Assembly (NCBI GenBank): GCA_963781585.1
Contig: CAWAGQ010000013.1
Location: 288,001 to 352,000 of the forward strand
Reading direction: 5' to 3'
DNA: 64,000 nt
Source of the DNA: an uncultured Gemmatimonadaceae bacterium
GTDB taxonomy: Bacteria; Gemmatimonadota; Gemmatimonadetes; Gemmatimonadales; Gemmatimonadaceae
Positions 52,403 through 63,071 of the stretch are shown here, one piece after another. A program made the position numbers and the translations under genes. The notes beneath the pieces are model-generated. The model saw only the letters and a list, made by a program, of their open reading frames with translations, was not told the origin of the DNA and did not search any database. Within the stretch, counting starts at the first letter, position 1. The number at the start of each line of letters is the position of its first letter.

Positions 52403-52496
52403 GTCCAACATTGCTTGCAGTTGGCAGCCGATCAGTGGGATGCGCGCTATGCTCGCGCGCGTTTGATTCGGCTGCAGTTGAAGCTGGGCGTTAGGC
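52403..52496 (+). other. attC site
   Basis: R'' GTCCAAC, GCTTGCAGTTGGCAGCCGA/TCGGCTGCAGTTGAAGC, R' GTTAGGC. Confidence 0.82.
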
Positions 52497-52559
52497 CGCC
52501 TGACATCCTGTTGCCTTGCGAAGGAGGTTCTCGTGCGAATCGACCCGAGCCACGCCGCT

Positions 52560-53129
52560 ATGACCGAATCTGAAGTGAACCGGCGGGACTTCGTCTTTGG
52601 TGCGGCGAGTGCCGCGGTGAGCGCCTGGCTGGCCACACACGGCGCCGAGTTGCACGCCACGGCAGCCTACGCTGCATCCGCCACCTCTCAGCAACCGTAC
52701 GAGTTCTTCACTGCCGATGAGGCGCGCGAGTTCGACGCGATCAGCGCGCAAATCGTGCCAACGGACGACACGCCGGGCGCGCGCGAGGCACACGTGGTCC
52801 GCTTTCTCGACCACTACCTGGCCACTGTCTTCTCGAACGGCCAGTCCGACTTCCGGAAAAGCTTGACGCAGCTCAGCGACGCGGTCGCGGCCAGCGGGGC
52901 GGGACACCGCTCATTCGCGACGTTGAGCGACGCTGACCAGATCGCGCTCCTCCTCAACTTCGAAAAGAGCAATCGGGCGTCGTTCAATGTGTTTCGGGGG
53001 GCCACTATGACCGGCATGTTTTCGGACCCGGTGCACGGCGGCAATTTCAGGAAGGTGGGCTGGAAGCTGAACGGATACGAGGACCGCTACTCCTGGACCC
53101 CACCCTTCGGGTACTACGACCGTGTCTGA
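52560..53129 (+). CDS. Gluconate 2-dehydrogenase subunit 3 family protein (Tat)
   Basis: NRRDF twin-arginine; IVPTDDTPGAREA; GMFSDPVHGGN...GWK. Confidence 0.85.
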   Translation: MTESEVNRRDFVFGAASAAVSAWLATHGAELHATAAYAASATSQQPYEFFTADEAREFDAISAQIVPTDDTPGAREAHVVRFLDHYLATVFSNGQSDFRKSLTQLSDAVAASGAGHRSFATLSDADQIALLLNFEKSNRASFNVFRGATMTGMFSDPVHGGNFRKVGWKLNGYEDRYSWTPPFGYYDRV

Positions 53130-54795
53130 TCAGACACGCGGCGACGCCGCGGCGGCCTTGCCGCCCATGAAGACCTATCGGCCAAGCGACGAGGTGGATT
53201 TCGTCATCGTCGGCTCCGGTGCGGCCGGCGGCGTCATGGCCCATGAGCTCGCCCGATCCGGCTTTTCCGTCGTCGTGCTCGAGCAGGGCCCCTGGCTCAC
53301 CGAGAAGGATTTCAGCCACGACAGCGACTATGTTCCCCCCGAGAAGCAGCTCAGCTACCGCCCGCCGACGACCCGCCGGGCCAACGAGGGCGAGAAGGCC
53401 GAGCTGGGCAATCACATCGACTACGGACGTCTCGTCGGCGGCGGTACGGTCCACTTCACCGCCAACTACTGGCGCCAACCGGAGATCGAGTTCGAGCAGG
53501 CGACACGACTCGGCGTCCCTGACGGCTCGAGCGTTGCCGATTGGCCGATCAGCTACCGGGAGCTCGAGCCGTACTACACCAGGGTCGAGTGGGAAATTGG
53601 AGTCTCCGGCAAGGCTGGAAACCCCTTTGAACCGTGGCGAAGCAAGGGATACCCCCTTCCGCCGCTCCCGATCAAGTCAGAAGGCGTGCTGTGCGAGCGC
53701 GGCGCGAAGAAGCTCGGCTGGCACGCCTGGCCGGCGCCAATGGCGATCCTCTCGCGTCCGTATCGCGGTCGTTCAGCCTGCGTGGCGTGTGGCATGTGCG
53801 CGGGTTACGGCTGCGAGGTGCGGGCCAAGTCGAGCACACTGGTGGCGATGATTCCCGGCGCCGTGGCCACCAAGCGGTGCGAGATCAGGCCCAACAGCTA
53901 TGTCCGCAAGGTCGAGTCGGGATCGAACGGCCGGGTTACCGGCGTCACCTATTTCGACGCGAGAAGGCGGGAAATCTTCCAGCGCGCGAAAGCGGTCGTG
54001 CTGTCGGCCAACGGCGTCGAAACGCCCAGGTTGCTGCTGCTCTCCGCGAGCGGTGCCTCTCCGGCCGGGCTCGCCAACTCGAGTGGGCAGGTCGGACGCA
54101 ATCTGATGAACAATCCGGGGACCGGCTCGGTCGCCCTGTTCGAGCATGAGGTCAACAGCTGGAAGGGCGTCAACACCTCCCGCGTGGTCTGGGATTTCTT
54201 CGAGACCCCAAGGGCACTGGGTCTTTACGGTGGCGGCGGGATCGACATGCGAAAAGCCAGCAGCGGGAGAAGCGGCGGTGGCTGGCCCGGCGAGCCAACC
54301 TGGGGACGCGAGTGGAAACGACGGGCACGGGCTTACGCCTGTAACAGGGCAGCGACCAACTCCCATCAATCGATGCTTCCGGTGGTGAGCAATCGGGTTG
54401 ACCTCGATCCGGAGGCGAAGGACGCCTGGGGACTTCCGGTGCCGCGCATTACTTCCACCGATCACCCGCTGGACGTCAAGCTGAAGCAGTTCTTCGCCGA
54501 TCGCGCGCGCGACCTGTTGGAAGCGGCTGGTCCGGAACAGATCTCCGATCCCCAGGTCGCGCGTCCCGCAGGAGGTGGTGGTGAGCATCTGCTCGGCACC
54601 TGCCGGATGGGCAACGATCCCGGGACTTCGGTCATCAACGCGGACCACCGCGCACACGACGTGCCCAACCTCTTCCTGGTCGACGGGAGCAGCTTCGTTA
54701 CCTCGGGTCGCGGTCAGCCGACGATGACCATCCAGGCGCTCGCGTTCCGCGCTTCGGATCGCATCGTCCATTTGGCGAGGACACGCGGCATCTAG
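53122..54795 (+). CDS. GMC family oxidoreductase
   Basis: IVGSGAAGG, VGGGTVH, CxxCxxCxxxGC, HLLGTCRMG, DVPNLFLVDGS, QPTMTIQALA. Confidence 0.9.
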   Translation: MSDQTRGDAAAALPPMKTYRPSDEVDFVIVGSGAAGGVMAHELARSGFSVVVLEQGPWLTEKDFSHDSDYVPPEKQLSYRPPTTRRANEGEKAELGNHIDYGRLVGGGTVHFTANYWRQPEIEFEQATRLGVPDGSSVADWPISYRELEPYYTRVEWEIGVSGKAGNPFEPWRSKGYPLPPLPIKSEGVLCERGAKKLGWHAWPAPMAILSRPYRGRSACVACGMCAGYGCEVRAKSSTLVAMIPGAVATKRCEIRPNSYVRKVESGSNGRVTGVTYFDARRREIFQRAKAVVLSANGVETPRLLLLSASGASPAGLANSSGQVGRNLMNNPGTGSVALFEHEVNSWKGVNTSRVVWDFFETPRALGLYGGGGIDMRKASSGRSGGGWPGEPTWGREWKRRARAYACNRAATNSHQSMLPVVSNRVDLDPEAKDAWGLPVPRITSTDHPLDVKLKQFFADRARDLLEAAGPEQISDPQVARPAGGGGEHLLGTCRMGNDPGTSVINADHRAHDVPNLFLVDGSSFVTSGRGQPTMTIQALAFRASDRIVHLARTRGI

Positions 54796-54814
54796 CACAC
54801 TCTTCGCGATCAAG

Positions 54815-54995
54815 ATTGAACAGCCGGAGACATTGGTAACATCGTCAGGTCTCCGATCGGACGGGTTTCGCGCGAAGGTGCACACCGAAGACGTGGCCTT
54901 CGCATTCGTTCAGCTGTCCCAGCAGGTGGGTGTAGCAGTACAGGGCCCAGAGCCCATCGGCAGCCTCCTCGAAGCCGACATCTTCTCTGGGACCC
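54815..54995 (-). mobile_element. IS481-like remnant (transposase C-terminus and end)
   Basis: Minus strand EDVGFEEAADGLWALY..HLLGQLNE followed by TGTTACCAATGTCTCCGG, resembling IS481-type ends. Confidence 0.5.
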
Positions 54996-55898
54996 TCACG
55001 CTCCACGCCCGGTGAGCACGGACGACAGATTGTTGCTGGCCGCGAGCTCGCTGATGCGGCCCTGGACACGCGGGTAGATCGTGTTCGCCTCGGACTGGAA
55101 GCGCGCGAACAGGGCGCGCAGGTCCTGACTGCTCAGCCGCCGGCCCTGCGCATAGTATTGGTCGGTCGCCTTGCCGAGCGCGTAGGTGGTCGCGAACGTC
55201 ACGGCCGCTCCGGCAGCCAGGCCAGCGGTACTGCCTAACAAGCCGCCCAGCAGCCCGCGCCCCACGCCGCGCGCGAATCCGCGGATGACTCCTTCCACCA
55301 CGTGACCGGCGGCACCGATGCCGAACACCGCCGCCAGATCCTTGACCTGCGCCATGTCGAGCTGCTGTCCGTGACGCTGGCCGATGCTGTACGCCATCCG
55401 CAGCTGCAGCGGCAGGATCGCCATGCCGGAGAGGCTGCCCGGGAGGATCGAACAGGCAGCGGTCAGCATGGACTGGTCGAGGATGAACGCGTCGAGATCC
55501 GTAGACGGAGGCCCAGCGCCTTGTCCCGTGGAGGAGGAGGCGGCGGCTGCCCCCATCGCGGCAGTCGCCTCTGGTGAGGCAGCAGTACCACCCAGTGCAC
55601 GCGAGAGCTCCGCGAGAAAGGCGGACTCGCCCGCGTTGGGGATTCCGTCGGCATGGCAGACGGCGGCCGCGGCATCATACGCTGCCAGACGCGCTTCGTC
55701 GCTGGAGAGGGTGGCAGCGAGCGCTTGCAGGTCGACCTTTCCCCCGGCGGCGCGTTCCAGCAGCGCATCGTCGAGGTTGAAGCCGAGACGGCTGGCCGCG
55801 CCGGCGATGTTGGTGCGCTCGGCGTCCGACTGCTGGCCGTCGGCGGTGGCAGCGAGGGTGGCGATGGCGATGATGGTCTGAGCGTCCTGGGTGTTCAT
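54996..55898 (-). CDS. TerB-like + DUF697/YcjF-like membrane protein
   Basis: AATADGQQSDAER and VCHADG..NAGE..FL (TerB-like); ILPLQLRMAYSIG, ATTYALG. Confidence 0.7.
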   Translation of the reverse strand: MNTQDAQTIIAIATLAATADGQQSDAERTNIAGAASRLGFNLDDALLERAAGGKVDLQALAATLSSDEARLAAYDAAAAVCHADGIPNAGESAFLAELSRALGGTAASPEATAAMGAAAASSSTGQGAGPPSTDLDAFILDQSMLTAACSILPGSLSGMAILPLQLRMAYSIGQRHGQQLDMAQVKDLAAVFGIGAAGHVVEGVIRGFARGVGRGLLGGLLGSTAGLAAGAAVTFATTYALGKATDQYYAQGRRLSSQDLRALFARFQSEANTIYPRVQGRISELAASNNLSSVLTGRGA

Positions 55899-56106
55899 GG
55901 CAGCGGGTGGGTGAGGAGTCCGGCGGAGGGTCGTGGCTTGGCGTTCGTGAGGGTAGCCCGATGAAACCTAAATTGGCAGGTTGCGCAGCGGATATCCTCG
56001 GCACGCACCTCCATGACGAGGCGAACACGCCGAGCCGACTCGGCCGACCTCCAAACCATAGCCTCCGGCTTGCGATCTAACCCTCAACGTCCGACAGGGA
56101 TCTGCA

Positions 56107-58668
56107 ATGGCTTGGAATGACCGTATTGCCTCAGACGTCAGCGGGGAGTCCGGAAGCCGGCACGGGGAGGGGGACGGCGAGCGCGACAAGAGGGGAAGCA
56201 GGCTGCTCGACGGGTGGAACGACGTCCGATTTGCTCTGCGTTCGCTGCGCCGGCGCGCCGGGTTCACGACCGTCGCCACGATCACGCTCGCACTGGGAAT
56301 CGGGGCAACCACGACGCTCTTCGGAGTGGTGAAACAGGTCCTCCTCACGCCGCTCCCCTACGGCAATCCCGACGGCATCGCCGTGGTGTGGAGTGCGTGG
56401 AAGGGATTCGATCAGACATGGCTGTCCTACGATGAGTGGGAGGGGTGGCGCGCGCGAATTCCGGCGTTTGCCGACATCGGTCTCTGGACGGACGGCTCGG
56501 TCACCTTCGACGATGACGCTCCCGAGCGGATCCGGTCGGCCAACGTCCACGCCAGCGTCTTTCCGATTCTGGGCGTGCAGCCGATGATCGGTCGATCGTT
56601 CACTTCCGAGGAGGACCGTCCCGGCGGGCCGCGGGTCGTGATGCTGGCGTACGGGCTGTGGCAGCGGCGGTTTGGCGCCGATCCCGCCGTCGTCGGTCGC
56701 GACATCCGGATTTCGGGCCGGACAGCGACGGTGGTGGGCGTCATGCCACCCCGATTCCGGCTGCCGCTCGACTTCGGCGCGAACGGCCAGTCCGAAGCCT
56801 GGTTTCCGCTCGCAACCGACGCGGCCGCCGAGGGCGCCGTGCCGGGTCCCGCCTTCCCCAAGGGCGGGTCCAACCACGGATTTTACGCGGTCGCGCGGCT
56901 CGCCCCCGGTGCGAGTGCGGCGATGGCCAACGCGCAGCTGCGGGCGCTGGTCGCCGAGCTGGAGCAGTATGGCTACATGGCCAACGTGGGCTTTCACGCG
57001 TTCGCCGTTCCGATCGCCCAGCAGATTACGGGGCGCGTGCGACCGGTGTTGCTGGTCGTCTTTGCCGCGGTGGGACTGGTGCTGCTGATCTCCTGCGCGA
57101 ACGTCGCGGGGTTGATGCTGGTGCGCGGAGAAGGACGGCGACGGGAGCTTGCGGTGCGGGTCGCGCTCGGCGCGGGCGCTTTCCGCCTGACGAGACTGTT
57201 GCTGGCCGAATCGACGGTCCTCGCCGCGCTGGGTGGGACGTTAGGCGTGGGACTGGCGATCGTCGGCGTGCGGGTGGTTCGGGCGAGCGCTCCGGCGGCA
57301 CTTCCGCGCGTCGGCGAAACGGCGATCGACGGAGGCGTGCTGGGGTTCGCGCTGGGCGTTGCGGCGCTGGCCGCCGTGCTGGCGGGGATCCTTCCCGCGC
57401 TGCAGGCGCGGCAGGTCGCGCCGGCGGGCGAGTTGCGCGAGGGCGGCCGGGGGGCGACCAGCGGCCGGGCACGGCTCCGCTGGCGGCAGTCGCTGGTGGC
57501 TGGCGAAGTGGCCCTGGCCGTGGTCCTGGTCGTTGCGGCCGGACTGATGATCCAGAGCGTGCGCAATCTGCTCACGATCGACGCCGGTTTCCGCCCCGAC
57601 GGCGTGATCACGATGCGTCTGTCGACGCCTTCCACCTGGTATCCGGATTCCATCCGAGTGGCCGGGTTCTGGGACGAGCTGCAGCGGCGCGTGGCTTCGC
57701 TCCCGGGCGTGCAGGCGGTGGGCGCGGTGGGGGGGCTGCCGCTGGCGACCGAGATGGGGGACTGGGGGCTCCGGATCGCCGGATACACGCCACCGCCGAA
57801 TCAGGGGGCTCCGGGCGACTGGCAGGTTGTGACGCCGGGATACTTCGAGGCGATGGGGCTCAAGTTGCGAGAGGGGAGGGTGTTCGACGCGCGTGACGAC
57901 ATGGCCGCCCCGCTGGCGATGGTGGTGAACCAGGCATTCGAGCAGCAGTACTTTGCGGGTCGTCAGGCGCTGGGCGGTCGGGTGCGCGTGAGCGGCAGCG
58001 ACAGCTCCCAGATCTACACGATCGTGGGGGTGGTGGACGACGTGCACCACAACGCCCTGGTGGGCCGGCCCAAGCCGGGGTTCTACGCCACGCTCGGGCA
58101 ATACGCACGGGCGCCGGGGCTGACCCGGCGCAGCATGAGTCTGGTGATCCGGGCGGCCGGAGATCCGGCGACGCTGGTGGCTCCGGTGCGGGCACTGGTC
58201 CGCGAGATCGATCCGCGGCTCCCCATCTCCGAGGTGCGCACGATGCGGGACGTGGTGTACGCGGCGGTGGCGGGGCCGCGGTTCGCGATGGAGCTCCTCG
58301 AGCTGTTCGGCGTGCTGGCGCTGGTTCTGGCGGCGATCGGTATCTACGGGATCGTGTCGCAGGTGGTGGCCTCGCGGGCGCAGGAGTTCGGGATCCGGGC
58401 CGCGTTAGGCGCCTCGCCGCGTGAGTTGATGGCACTGAGCCTGCGAACCGGAATGCGGCAGGCGCTGGGCGGGCTTGTGATCGGCGGGGCGATGGCGCTC
58501 GGGTTCACGCGGCTGATGACGTCGCTGCTGTACGGGGTGCGGCCCTTCGATCCCTGGACGTTCCTGGGTGTCGTGCTGGTGACTGGCGCGGTGGCGGTGG
58601 CAGCCAGCGCGGGCCCGGCGCGGCGGGCGGGACGCACGGATCCGGCGCGGGTGCTCGGCGGGTCCTGA
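56107..58668 (+). CDS. Duplicated MacB/FtsX-like ABC permease (ADOP type)
   Basis: DVRFALRSLRR, TLALGIGATT, LLISCANVA, EFGIRAALGA, PARRAGRTDP; start uncertain. Confidence 0.88.
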   Translation: MAWNDRIASDVSGESGSRHGEGDGERDKRGSRLLDGWNDVRFALRSLRRRAGFTTVATITLALGIGATTTLFGVVKQVLLTPLPYGNPDGIAVVWSAWKGFDQTWLSYDEWEGWRARIPAFADIGLWTDGSVTFDDDAPERIRSANVHASVFPILGVQPMIGRSFTSEEDRPGGPRVVMLAYGLWQRRFGADPAVVGRDIRISGRTATVVGVMPPRFRLPLDFGANGQSEAWFPLATDAAAEGAVPGPAFPKGGSNHGFYAVARLAPGASAAMANAQLRALVAELEQYGYMANVGFHAFAVPIAQQITGRVRPVLLVVFAAVGLVLLISCANVAGLMLVRGEGRRRELAVRVALGAGAFRLTRLLLAESTVLAALGGTLGVGLAIVGVRVVRASAPAALPRVGETAIDGGVLGFALGVAALAAVLAGILPALQARQVAPAGELREGGRGATSGRARLRWRQSLVAGEVALAVVLVVAAGLMIQSVRNLLTIDAGFRPDGVITMRLSTPSTWYPDSIRVAGFWDELQRRVASLPGVQAVGAVGGLPLATEMGDWGLRIAGYTPPPNQGAPGDWQVVTPGYFEAMGLKLREGRVFDARDDMAAPLAMVVNQAFEQQYFAGRQALGGRVRVSGSDSSQIYTIVGVVDDVHHNALVGRPKPGFYATLGQYARAPGLTRRSMSLVIRAAGDPATLVAPVRALVREIDPRLPISEVRTMRDVVYAAVAGPRFAMELLELFGVLALVLAAIGIYGIVSQVVASRAQEFGIRAALGASPRELMALSLRTGMRQALGGLVIGGAMALGFTRLMTSLLYGVRPFDPWTFLGVVLVTGAVAVAASAGPARRAGRTDPARVLGGS

Positions 58669-58835
58669 CCGACCGGCCGCGATCGGGTCAGCGCGCGCGA
58701 CTACGGTGTGGCGACCGTGGTGCCGTGCCGCGCGCGGAGTGATACTTTCTCCGCCAGCAGAACGTGCCGGGTCGGAAGGTAGCCCGGTCCTTCATCTGTC
58801 GCGCAGATCACGCTCCGTTGACCGGGCCGCCCATC

Positions 58836-61800
58836 GTGACCAATCCCCTCCGCGACCAGCTCCAGACCACGCTTTCGGGCAGCTACACGCTCGGCCGCGA
58901 ACTCGGTGGTGGAGGGATGTCGAAGGTGTTCGTCGCCGAGGAGCACCGGCTCAAGCGCAAGGTGGTGGTAAAGGTGCTCTCGCCCGAGTTGGCGCAGGGC
59001 ATCAGCATCGAGCGGTTCGAGCGCGAGATCCAGACGGCCGCAGCCCTGCAGCAGGCGAACATTGTACCGGTTCTTTCAGCCGGCGACACGGATGGGCTGC
59101 CCTTCTATACGATGCCATTCGTGGAGGGCGAGTCGCTGCGCTCCCGGCTCGCGCGCGGGCCGCTTTCGGTGACCGAGGTGATCGGCGTGGTGCGAGACGT
59201 GTCGAAGGCGCTCGCCTACGCACACCGGCAGGGTGTGGTGCACCGCGACATCAAACCCGACAACGTGCTTCTCTCCGAAGGCACGGCGGTCGTGACGGAC
59301 TTCGGCATCGCCAAAGCCCTCAGCGCCGCGCGCACGGCGAGCGGAGGGGCGACGCTCACGCAGATTGGCACCTCGATCGGCACGCCGGCATACATGGCGC
59401 CGGAGCAGGCTGCTGGCGATCCCCAGATCGATCACCGCGCCGACATCTACGCGCTCGGGGCGATGGCGTACGAACTCCTGTCAGGCAAGGCTGTCTTCCC
59501 CGGCCGGACGCCGCAACGGATGCTCGCGGCGCACATGAGCGAAGCGCCGCAGCCGATCGCCGAGCTCCGCGCCGACCTGCCGCCCGCGCTCGCGGACGTC
59601 GTCATGCAGTGTCTGGCCAAGGACGCGGACGCGCGCCCGCAGAGCGCTGCCGACATCACGCGCGTGCTCGAGACGATCACGAGCGGCAGCGGCATGCAAT
59701 CGTTGCCCGCGGTGCTGCGCGGGGGACCGGGAATGTTCCGCAAGGCCCTGGCGCTGTATGCGGGGGCCTTCGTCCTCGTGGCGGTTCTGGCGAAGGCCGC
59801 GATCGTGGCGATCGGACTCCCCGCCTGGGTCTTCCCGGGCTCGCTGATCGTGATGGCGCTCGGGTTGCCGGTGATCCTGTGGACCGGCTACGTGCAGCGC
59901 GTGGCGCGACGCGCCCTGACCGCGACGCCAACGTACACGCCGGGCGGCTCGCCGAGTACGACCGCTCGCGGGACGATGGCCACGATGGCGCTCAGGGCGG
60001 CGCCGCATGTGAGCTGGTACCGCACTGTACGCGGCGGGATGTACGCGATCGGCGGTTTCATCGCGATCATCGCGGTATTCATGGGCATGCGCGCCTTCGG
60101 CTTCGGGCCATTCGGTTCTCTTCTGGCCACGGGCGCGCTGCGACAACGGGAGCCGGTGATCCTCACGGACTTTCGCACGACGAACACGGATTCCACGCTG
60201 GGACGAGTGGTGAGCGACGCGGTGCGGGCAGGGCTGTCCGGCTCGTCCGCGTTCACGCTCGTGTCACCCGCCGAGGTGGTGGCGGCGCTGGAGCGGATGC
60301 GGCGGCCAGTGACCACGCATGTGGACTCGGCGGTCGCGCGCCAGATCGCCCTGCGCGAGGGGATCAAGGCGGTGGTGGACGGCGACGTGACGGGCGTTCC
60401 GGGTGGATACATCGTGTCGCTCCGATTGGTGCGCGCGGACTCGGGGACCGAGCTGGCATCGTTCCGCGAATCGGGCGACGGCCCGCGCGGACTGATCGAC
60501 GCGGCAGACAAGCTGGCGCGCGAACTGCGGAGCCGCGCCGGCGAATCGCTCCGATCGGTGAATGCTACTCCACCGCTGGTGCAGGCCACGACCAGCTCAC
60601 TCGATGCACTGCGGAAGTACAGTGAAGCCGTGCGGGCCAACGCCCAGGGCGACCCGCGCTCGATCGGCCTCGCGCGCGAGGCCGTTGCGCTGGACTCGAC
60701 GTTTGCCACGGCGTGGAATGCGCTGGCCGCGACGCTCTCGAATTACGGGGCGCCACAGAGCGCCATCGATTCGGCGACCCTGCGGGCGTACCAGTACCGG
60801 GAGAAGCTTCCTGCGCGTGAACGCGACCTCATTGTCGGCCGGTATTACTCGCTCGGCCCGGGGCGTGACCGCGCGAAAGCGATCGCCGCCTACGAATCCA
60901 TCCTGCAGCGCGGCGACAGCATTCCCGCGGCGGTTAATCTGGGGGAGTCGCTCCGCGAGCGGCGTGAATTCGCGCGCGCGGAGTCGCTCAACCTGGCAGC
61001 GGCGCGAATCTCGCCCGGCAACGGCACCGCACTTGGCAACGCCGTGGAAATGCAGCTCGAATCAGGGCAAGCTGAAGGAAGCGGCTGCGACGGTTGAAGA
61101 TCTGTCGAGGGTGTCACCCGGATACGGATCGGCCCGACATGTGAACCTCCTGTTCGCCAATGGAGAATTCGAGTCGCTAGGGCGCCTGGCGGACAGTCTG
61201 TCGCAGCTGACCGCGCCCCAGGCGCGGTCCGTGGGGTTGTCCGTCAGGCGCTCTCTCGCGGTCCGTGGGGGCCGGCTCCGCGAGGCGCGACTCGGGGATA
61301 CGACGCAGATCGCGTACGGGCCGAGCCGTTCTGGTGTGGAAGCCACCATCGAGGACGCCTTGATCGAAGCCGCAATCACCGGACCGTCGGGAGCCCGCGC
61401 TGCGCGCCTCGCCGCGCGCGTCGATACTGCGGCGGCAGCGTTCAGCGAGATGCCGTTGGTGGATCGGCCATATCTCCTTGCCGCGGTGGCGCTCGCCGCA
61501 ATCGGAGATGTCGAACGGGCGCGCGCGATGATCGCGCGATACCGCACCGAGGTCACCGATACGTCGCTGCGCCGGGTGGACCAGGCCGACCTGCACGAGG
61601 CGCTGGCCGAGATTGCGCTGGCCGCGCACCAGCCACGGGAGGCGCTGGACGAGTTCCGGCGCGCCGACGTGGGATACGACGGCGCGCCGGCGAACGAGTG
61701 CGCGCCTTGTCTTCCATTCAACCTCGCGCGCGCGTACGACGCCGCGGCCATGCCCGATTCTGCGATCGCGATGTACGAACGGTATCTCGCCACGCCGTTC

Positions 61801-62022
61801 TGGCCGAAAATGGATGCGGTCCTGGACCCGACCAGGGTGCCGTTCATTCACGAACGACTGGGGCAGCTCTACGAGGAGGCGGGCAACGTGCAGAAAGCGG
61901 CCGAGAATGATCGCGCGTTCATCGGACTCTGGAAGAACGCCGACCCCGAGCTCCAGCCGCGCGTGGCCGCGGCACGCGAGCGGCTGCGGAAGCTCGCGTC
62001 GGTAGAGAAGGTTCCACGATAG
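58836..62022 (+). CDS. Ser/Thr protein kinase with TM and TPR domains; frameshift at ~61060
   Basis: LGGGGMS, VVVK, HRDIKPDN, DFGIAK, GTPAYMAPE; the TPR-like tail continues in ORF 60562..62022 (…LWKNADPELQPRV). Confidence 0.85.
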
Positions 62023-62146
62023 GCAGGTTTGTCCAGGAATCCGTATTGGTGCGTTCGGTCGGGACTTGCGCAGCGGGCCGACTCTCCAGTCGCGCCGCCA
62101 CCATCCACGAATCGCTGAGCGGACGTTGCGCCGAGGCCTTGACCGT

Positions 62147-63071
62147 ATGAGATCGCCATCCACCCAGGAGCAGTTCACCGAAGCGGTCGCCGCTCTGATC
62201 GAGACGGTGAAGGGCGATCGCTTCGATTCTGGCAGCGATCCTGTGCGGCAGCCTCTCGCACGACGTGGTGTGGGAGAAGTCCGACGTCGACCTCGTGTTC
62301 GTGACGACCGACGATCGCACAACCAGCGAACCGGACGTCGCGCTGAATGCTGACGGCGTGAACGTGCACGCGCTGCTGATGCCGCGCAGCGAGTTCCGGC
62401 GACTTGTCGAAGGATCGCTACGCAACTCGTTCGTGCATTCGTTCCTCACCCGGGGAAGGCTCGTCTACACGCACGACGAGACGATCGCCGACCTCTGCGC
62501 CCACCTGGGCGAGATCGGCGAGCGCGACACGGCGGTGCAGCTGCTCCGCGCCGGCACGTACGCGCTGCCTCCGATCTACAAGGCGCACAAATGGTTCGTG
62601 ACCCGCGGTGATCTGGAATACACCGCGCTGTGGATTCTCTATGCCGCCACCGCGCTGGCGCGGATCGAGGTACTCGGCGCCCGGCTCCTGGCCGACCGCG
62701 AAGTGATTCCCCAGGCGATGAAGCTGAATCCCGCCTTCTTCACCATCGTATACGCCGACCTGCTCAACGAGAAGAAGACCGTTTCGCGCATGAAGGCGGC
62801 GCTCGACGCCGTCGACGCGTACATGGCGGAGCGCGCCCGGTCACTCTTTGCGCCGGTGCTGGAGCACCTGCGCGAGGTGGGCGAGGCGCGGTCGAGCCGC
62901 GAGATCGAAGACTGGTTCCAACGGCACTTCGACGTGTCGGGTGCGACCACCGCCTGCGAGTATCTCGCCGACCAGAAGCTCGTTGGCAAGGCGTCGACGG
63001 CCGTGCGCCTCACGAAGCGCAGCAACGTGTCGGTGCAGGAACTGGCGTTCTACGCGCTCCCGTCATCGTGA
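62147..63071 (+). CDS. Nucleotidyltransferase-fold hypothetical protein; frameshift at ~62222
   Basis: [25 protein letters not shown] / [23 protein letters not shown] (hGS..DxD). Confidence 0.65.
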
